Below are positions 56,401-64,000 of a DNA stretch of 64,000 bases, in pieces. Position 1 is the stretch's first letter. Every line of letters starts with the position of its first letter. The notes under the pieces were generated by a model that worked only from the letters and a program-made list of their open reading frames with translations, was not told where the DNA came from and ran no database searches. A program made the position numbers and the translations under genes. Source of the stretch: Eledone cirrhosa (lineage: Eukaryota); contig OZ024743.1 of the NCBI GenBank assembly GCA_964016885.1, forward strand, positions 69,316,001-69,380,000. Reading direction: 5' to 3'.

Positions 56401-59400
56401 TGTGGTATATATAGTAACTAGAGAGAGAAGTGGTGTAGTGTGGTATATATAGTAACTAGAGAGTTGGTGTAGTGTGGTATATATAGTAACTAGAGAGGTG
56501 GTGTAGTGTGGTATATATAGTAACTTGAGAGGTGGTGTAGTGTGGTATTTATATAGTAACTAGAGAGGTGGTGTAGTGTGGTATATATAGTAACTAGAGA
56601 GGTGGTGTAGTGTGGTATAGATAGTAACTAGAGAGGTGGTGTAGTGTAGTATATATAGTAACTAGAGAGGTGGTGTAGTGTAGTATATATAGTAACTAGA
56701 GAGTTGGTGTAGTGTAGTATATATAGTAACTAGAGAGGTGGTGTAGTGTGGTATATATAGTAACTAGAGAGAGGTGGGGTAGTGTGGTATATATTGTAAC
56801 TAGAGAGGTGGTGTAGTGTGGTATATATAGTAACTAGAGAGGTAATATATTGTGGTATAAATAGTAATTAGAGAGGTGGTGTAGTGTGGTATATATGGTA
56901 ACTAGAGAGGTGGTATAGTGTGGTATATATAGTAACTAGAGAAAGGTGGTGTAGTGTGGTATATATAGTAACTAGAGAGAGAAGTGGTGTAGTGTGGTAT
57001 ATATAGTAACTAGAGAGTTGGTGTAATGTGGTATATATAGTAATTAGAGAGGTGGTGTAGTGTGGTATATATAGTAATCATAGATGTGGTGTAGTGCGGT
57101 ATATATAGTAACTTGAGAGGTGGTGTAGTGTGGTATTTATATAGTAACTAGAGAGGTGGTGTAGTGTAGTATATATAGTAACTAGTGAGGTGGTGTAATG
57201 TGGTATATATAGTAACTAGAGAGAGGTGGGGTAGTGTGGTATATATAGTAACTATGGAGGTGGCGTAGTGTGGTCTATATAGTAACTAGAGAGGTGGTGT
57301 AGTGTATTAAATATAGTAACTAGAGAAGTGGTGTAGTGTGGTATATATAGTAACTAGAGAAAGGTGGTGTAGTGTGGTATATATAGTAACTAGAGAGACA
57401 AGTGGTGTAGTGTGGTATATATAGTAACTAGAGAGTTGGTGTAGTGTGGTATATATAGTAATTAGAGAGGTGGTGTAGTGTGGTATATATAGTAACTAGA
57501 GAGGTGGTGTAGTGTGGTATATATAGTAACTTGAGAGGTGGTGTAGTGTGGTATTTGTATAGTAACTAGAGAGGTGGTGTAGTGTGGTATATATAGTATC
57601 TAGAGAGGTGGTGTAGTGTGGTATATATAGTATCTAGAGAGGTGGTGTAGTGTAGTATATATAGTAACTAGAGAGGTGGTGTAGTGTAGTATATATAGTA
57701 ACTAGAGAGGTGGTGTAGTGTAGTATATATAGTAACTAGAGAGGTGGTGTAGTGTGGTATATATAGTAACTAGAGAGAGGTTTTGTAGTGTGGTATATAT
57801 AGTAACTATAGAGGTGGTGTAGTATGGTATATATAGTAACTAGAGAGAGATGGTGTAGTATGGTATATATAGTAACTAGAGAGGTGGTGTAGTGTGGTAT
57901 ATATAGTAACTAGAGAGGTGGTGTAGTATGGTATATATAGTAACTAGAGAGAGGTGGTGTAGTGTGGTAATTATAGTTACTATAGAGAGAGGTGGTGTAG
58001 TGTGGTATATATAGTAACAAGAGAGGTGGTGTAGTGTGTTATATATAGCAACTAGGCAGGTGGTGTAGATTGGTATATATAGTAACTAGACAGGTGGTGT
58101 AGTGTGGTAAAAATAGTAATTAGAGAGGTGGTGTAAAGTGGTATATATAGTAAGTAGAGAGAGGTGGTGTAGTGTGGTATATTTAGTAACTAGAGAGGTG
58201 GTGTAGTGTGGTATATATAGTAACTAGAGGGGTACTGTAGTGTGGTATATATAGTAACTAGAGAGGTGTTGTAGTGTGGTATATATAGTAAATAGAGAGC
58301 TAATATAGTGTAGTATAAATAGTAATTAGAGAGGTGGTGTAATGTGGTATATATAGTAAGTAGAGAGAGGTGGTTTTAGTGTGGTATATATAGTAACTAG
58401 AGAGGTGGCGTAATGTGGTATATATAGTAACTAGAGAGAGAAGTGGTGTAGTGTGGTATATATAGTAACTAGAGAGTTGGTGTAATGTGGTATATATAGT
58501 AATTAGAGAGGTGGTGTAGTGTGGTATATATAGTAACCATAGAGGTGGTGTAGTGTGGTATATATGGTAACTAGAGAGGTGGTATAGTGTGGTATATATA
58601 GTAACTAGAGAAAGGTGGTGTAGTGTGGTATATATAGTAACTAGAGAGAGAAGTGGTGTAGTGTGGTATATATAGTAACTAGAGAGTTGGTGTAATGTGG
58701 TATATAAAGTAATTAGAGAGGTGGTGTAGTGTGGTATATATAGTAACCATAGAGGTGGTGTAGTGTGGTATATATAGTAACTTGAGAGGTGGTGTAGTGT
58801 GGTATTTATATAGTAACTAGAGAGGTGGTGTAGTGTAGTATATATAGTAACTAGAGAGGTGGTGTAATGTGGTATATATAGTAACTAGAGAGAGGTGGGG
58901 TAGTGTGGTATATATAGTAACTATGGAGGTGGCGTAGTGTGGTCTATATAGTAACTAGAGAGGTGGTGTAGTGTATTAAATATAGTAACTAGAGAAGTGG
59001 TGTAGTGTGGTATATATAGTAACTAGAGAAATTTGGTGTAGTGTGGTACATATAGTAACTAGAGAGAGAAGTGGTGTAGTGTGGTATATATAGTAACTAG
59101 AGAGGTGGTGTAGTGTGGTATATATAGTAACTTGAGAGGTGGTGTAGTGTGGTATTTATATAGTAAGTAGAGAGGTGGTGTAGTGTGGTATATATAGTAA
59201 CTAGAGAGGTGGTGTAGTGTGGTATATATAGTAACTAGAGAGGTGGTGTAGTGTAGTATATATAGTAACTAGAGAGGTGGTGTAGTGTAGTATATATAGT
59301 AACTAGAGCGTTGGTGTAGTGTAGTATATATAGTAACTAGAGAGGTGGTGTAATGTGGTATATATAGTAACTAGAGAGAGGTGGGGTAGTGTGGTATATA

Positions 59401-62400
59401 TAGTAACTAGAGAGGTGGTGTAGTGTGGTATATATAGTAACTAGAGAGGTGGTGTAGTGTGGTATATATAGTAACTAGAGGGGTGCTGTAGTGTGGTATA
59501 TATAGTAACTAGAGAGGTGTTGTGGTGTGGTATATATAGTAACTAGAGAGGTAATATAGTGTGGTATAAATAGTAATTAGAGAGGTGGTGTAATGTGGTA
59601 TATATAGTAAGTAGAGAGAGGTGGTTTAGTGTGGTATATATAGTAACTAGAGAGGTGGCGTAATGTGGTATATATAGTGACTAGAGAGTGAGGTTGTGTA
59701 GTGTGGTATATATGGTAACTAGAGAGGTGGTATAATGTGGTATATATAGTAACTAGAGAAAGGTGGTGTAGTGTGGTATATATAGTAACTAGAGAGAGAA
59801 GTGGTGTAGTGTGGTATATATAGTAACTAGAGAGTTGGTGTAATGTGGTATATATAGTAATTAGAGAGGTGGTGTAGTGTGGTATATATAGTAACTTGAG
59901 AGGTGGTGTAGTGTGGTATTTATAAAGTAACTAGAGATGTGGTGTAGTGTAGTATATATAGTAACTAGTGAGGTGGTGTAATGTGGTATATATAGTAACT
60001 AGAGAGAGGTGGGGTAGTGTGGTATATATAGTAACTATGGAGGTGGCGTAGTGTGGTCTATATAGTAACTAGAGATGTGGTGTAGTGTATTAAATATAGT
60101 AACTAGAGAAGTGGTGTAGTGTGGTATATATAGTAACTAGAGAGAGAAGTGGTGTAGTGTGGTATATATAGTAACTAGAGAGTTGGTGTAGTGTGGTATA
60201 TATAGTAATTAGAGAGGTGGTGTAGTGTGGTATATATAGTAACTAGAGAGGTGGTGTAGTGTGGTATATATAGTAACTTGAGAGGTGGTGTAGTGTGGTA
60301 TTTATATAGTAACTAGAGAGGTGGTGTAGTGTGGTATATATAGTAACTAGAGAGGTGGTGTAGTGTGGTATATATAGTAACTAGAGAGGTGGTGTAGTGT
60401 AGTATATATAGTAACTAGAGAGGTGGTGTAGTGTAGTATATATAGTAACTAGAGAGGTGGTGTAGTGTAGTATATATAGTAACTAGAGAGGTGGTGTAGT
60501 GTGATATATATAGTAACTAGAGAGAGGTGGGGTAGTGTGGTATATATAGTAACTAGAGAGGTGGTGTAGTGTGGTATATATAGAAACTAGAGAGAGGTTT
60601 TGTAGTGTGGTATATATAGTAACTATAGAGGTGGTGTAGTGTAGTATATATAGTAACTAGAGAGGTGGTGTAGTGTAGTATATATAGTAACTAGGGAGGT
60701 GGTGTAGTATGGTATATATAGTAACTAGAGAGGTGGTGTAGTGTGGTATATATAGTAATTAGAGAGGTGATGTAGTGTGGTATATATAATAACTAGAGAG
60801 ATGTTGTGTAGTGTGGTTTATATAGTACTCAGAGAGAGAGGTGGTGTAGTGTTGTATATATAGTAACTAGAGAGGTGGTGTATTATGGTATATATAGTAA
60901 CTAGAGAGAGGTGGTGTAGTGTGGTAATTATAGTTACTAGAGAGGTGGTGTAGTGTGGTATATATAGTAACTAGAGAGGTGGTGTAGTATGGTATATATA
61001 TTAACTAGAGAGAGGTGGTGTAGTGTGGTAATTATAGTTACTATAGAGAGAGGTGGTGTAGTGTGGTATATATAGTAACAAGAGAGGTGGTGTAGTGTGG
61101 TATATATAGCAAGTAGGGAGGTGGTGTAGTTTGGTATATATAGTAACTAGACAGGTGCTGTAGTGTGGTAAAAATAGTAATTAGAGAGGTGGTGTAAAGT
61201 GGTATATATAGTAAGTAGAGGGAGGTGGTGTAGTGTGGTATATATAGTAACTAGAGAGGTGGTGTAGTGTGGTATATATAGTACCTAGAGGGTTGCTGTA
61301 GTGTGGTATATATAGTAACTAGAGAGGTGTTGTAGTGTGGTATATATAGTAACTAGAGAGGTAATATAGTGTGGTATAAATAGTAATTAGAGAGGTGGTG
61401 TAATGTGGTATATATAGTAAGTAGAGAGAGGTAATATAGTGTGGTATATATAGTAACTAGAGAGGTGGCGTAATGTGGTATATATAGTAACTAGAGAGTG
61501 AGGTTGTGTAGTGTGGTATATATGGTAACTAGAGAGGTGGTATAGTGTGGTATATATAGTAACTAGAGAAAGGTGGTGTAGTGTGGTATATATAGTAACT
61601 AGAGAGAGAAGTGGTGTAGTGTGGTATATATAGTAACTAGAGAGTTGGTGTAATGTGGTATATATAGTAATAGAGAGGTGGTGTAGTGTGGTATATATAG
61701 TAACCATATAGGTGGTGTAGTGTGGTATATATAGTAACTTGAGTGGTGGTGTAGTGTGGTATTTATATAGTAACTAGAGGGGTGGTGTAGTGTAGTATAT
61801 ATAGTAACTAGAAAGGTGGTGTAGTGTAGTATATATAGTAACTAGAGAGGTGGTGTAGTGTGGTATATATAGTAACTAGAGAGAGGTGGTGTAGTGTTGT
61901 ATATATAGTAACTAGAGTGTTGGTGTAATGTGGTATATATAGTAATTAGAGAGGTGGTGTAGTGTGGTAGATATAGTAACCATAGAGGTGGTGTAGTGTG
62001 GTATATATAGTAACTAGAGAGTTGGTGTAGTGTGGTATATATAGTAACTAGAGAGGTGGTGTAGTGTGGTATATATAGTAACTAAAGAGGTGGTGTAGTG
62101 TGGTATATATAGTAACTTGAGAGGTGGTGTAGTGTGGTATTTATATATATAGTAACTAGGGAGGTGGTGTAGTATGGTATATATAGTAACTAGAGAGGTG
62201 GTGTAGTGTGGTATATATAGTAATTAGAGAGAGGTGGGGTAGTGTGGTATATATAGTAACTAGAGAGGTGGTGTAGTGTGGTATATATAGAAACTAGAGA
62301 GAGGTTTTGTAGTGTGGTATATATAGTAACTATAGAGGTGGTGTAGTGTAGTATATATAGTAACTAGAGAGGTGGTGTAGTGTAGTATATATAGTAACTA

Positions 62401-64000
62401 GAGAGGTGGTGTAGTGTAGTATATATAGTAACTAGAGAGGTGGTGTAGTGTGGTATATATAGTAACTAGAGAGAGGTGGGGTAGTGTGGTATATATAGTA
62501 ACTAGAGAGGTTGTGTAGTGTGGTATATATAGTAACTAGAGAGAGGTGGTGTAGTGTGGTATATATAGTAACTATAGAGGTGGTGTAGTGTAGTATATAT
62601 AGTAACTAGAGAGGTGGTGTAGTGTAGTATATATAGTAACTAGAGAGGTGGTGTAGTTTGGTATATATAGTAAATAGAGAGGTGGTGTAGTATGGTATAT
62701 ATAGTAACTAGAGGGGTGATGTAGTGTGGTATATATAGTATTTAGAGAGGTGGTGTAGTGTGGTATATATAGTAACTAGAGAGAGGTTGGGTAGTGTGGT
62801 AAATATAGTAACTAGAGAGAGAGGGTGTGTAGTGTGGTATATATAGTAACTAGAGAGTTGGTGTAAAATGTGTATATATAGTAATTAGAGAGGTGGTGTA
62901 GTGTGGTATATATAGTAACAAGAGAGGTGGTGTAGTGTGGTTTATATAGTAACTAGGGAGGTGGTGTAGTTTGGTATATATAGTAAGTAGACAAGTGGTG
63001 TAGTATGGTTTATATAGTAACTAGAGAACAGGTGTAAAGTGGTATATATAGTAATTAGAGAGGTGGTGTAGTGTGTTATATATAATAAGTAGAGAGATGT
63101 GGTGTAGTGTGGTTTATATAGTAACTAGAGAGAGAGGTGGTGTAGTGTGGTATATATAGTAACTAGAGAGGTGGTGTAGTATGGTATATATAGTAACTAG
63201 AGAGGTGGTGTGGTGTGGTATATATAGTAACTAGAGAGGTGGTGTAGTGTGGTATATATAGTAACTAGAGAGGTCCTGTAGTGTGGTATATATAGTAACT
63301 AGAGGGGCGGTGTAGTGTGGTATATATAGTAATTAGAGAGGTGGTGTAGTGTGGTATATATAGTAACTAGAGAGGTGGTGTAGTGTGGTATATATAGTAA
63401 CTTGAGAGGTGGTGTAGTGTGGTATATATAGTAACTAGAGAGGTGGTGTAGTGTAGTATATATAGAAACTAGAGGGGTGGTGTAGTGTGGTATATATAGT
63501 AACTAGAGAGGTGGTGTAGTGTGGTATATATAGTAACTAGAGAGGTGGTGTAGTGTAGTATATATAGTAACTAGAGAGGTGGTGTAGTGTAGTATATATA
63601 GTAACTAGAGAGGTGGTGTAATGTGGTATTTATAGTAACTAGAGAGAGGTGGGGTAGTGTGGTATATATAGTAACTATGGAGGTGGCGTAGTGTGGTCTA
63701 TATAGTAACTAGAGATGTGGTGTAGTGTATTAAATATAGTAACTAGAGAAGTGGTGTAGTGTGGTATATATAGTAACTAGAGAGAGAAGTGGTGTAGTGT
63801 GGTATATATAGTAACTAGAGAGTTGGTGTAGTGTGGTATATATAGTAATTATAGAGGTGGTGTAGTGTGGTATATATAGTAACTAGAGAGGTGGTGTAGT
63901 GTGGTATATATAGTAACTTGAGAGGTGGTGTAGTGTGGTATTTATATAGTAACTAGAGAGGTGGTGTAGTGTGGTATATATAGTAACTAGAGAGGTGGTG
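47403..64000. repeat. 34-bp minisatellite/satellite GTAACTAGAGAGGTGGTGTAGTGTGGTATATATA, over 16.5 kb, runs off the window
   Basis: Period 34 (e.g. GTAACT at 48001 and 48035) with 36/38-bp variants from extra GA; roughly 480 copies by length. Confidence 0.97.

Noticed and set aside
47403-64000. CRISPR-like 34-bp periodicity
   Set aside because: Units are contiguous with no unique spacers, no cas genes, and the context is eukaryotic.

Overview
Eukaryotic, AT-rich, gene-poor, repeat-saturated DNA. The (TA)n/(CA)n/(GA)n density and SINE types resemble an octopus/cephalopod genome (inference). No intact host gene is supported; almost all listed ORFs are microsatellite artefacts. The main signal is a hammerhead-ribozyme (HHR) retroelement system. 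(1) A near-identical 310-bp, hairpin-rich unit carrying a type I HHR is present as 20 tandem copies on the minus strand (1283-7489), fused head-to-head to about 8.5 copies on the plus strand (7489-10131), and both outer ends run into (TA)n. (2) About ten other, mostly unrelated HHR-bearing elements are present; most end in (TA)n and several share the head-to-head inverted geometry. They include canonical, minimal (palindromic stem III), long-stem-II and U3:A8 covariant cores. (3) Decayed Penelope-like elements (RT + GIY-YIG + 3' HHR) are the plausible mobilising partners. Also present: tRNA-derived SINEs, RTE, CR1/L2, L1-Tx1 and Jockey-like LINE fragments, a ~600-bp non-autonomous RTE-like element in four copies, trinucleotide arrays, and a 34-bp minisatellite of over 16 kb (47403 to window end) with kb-scale internal duplications. 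All RNA structures were read by eye; no folding or database search was run.
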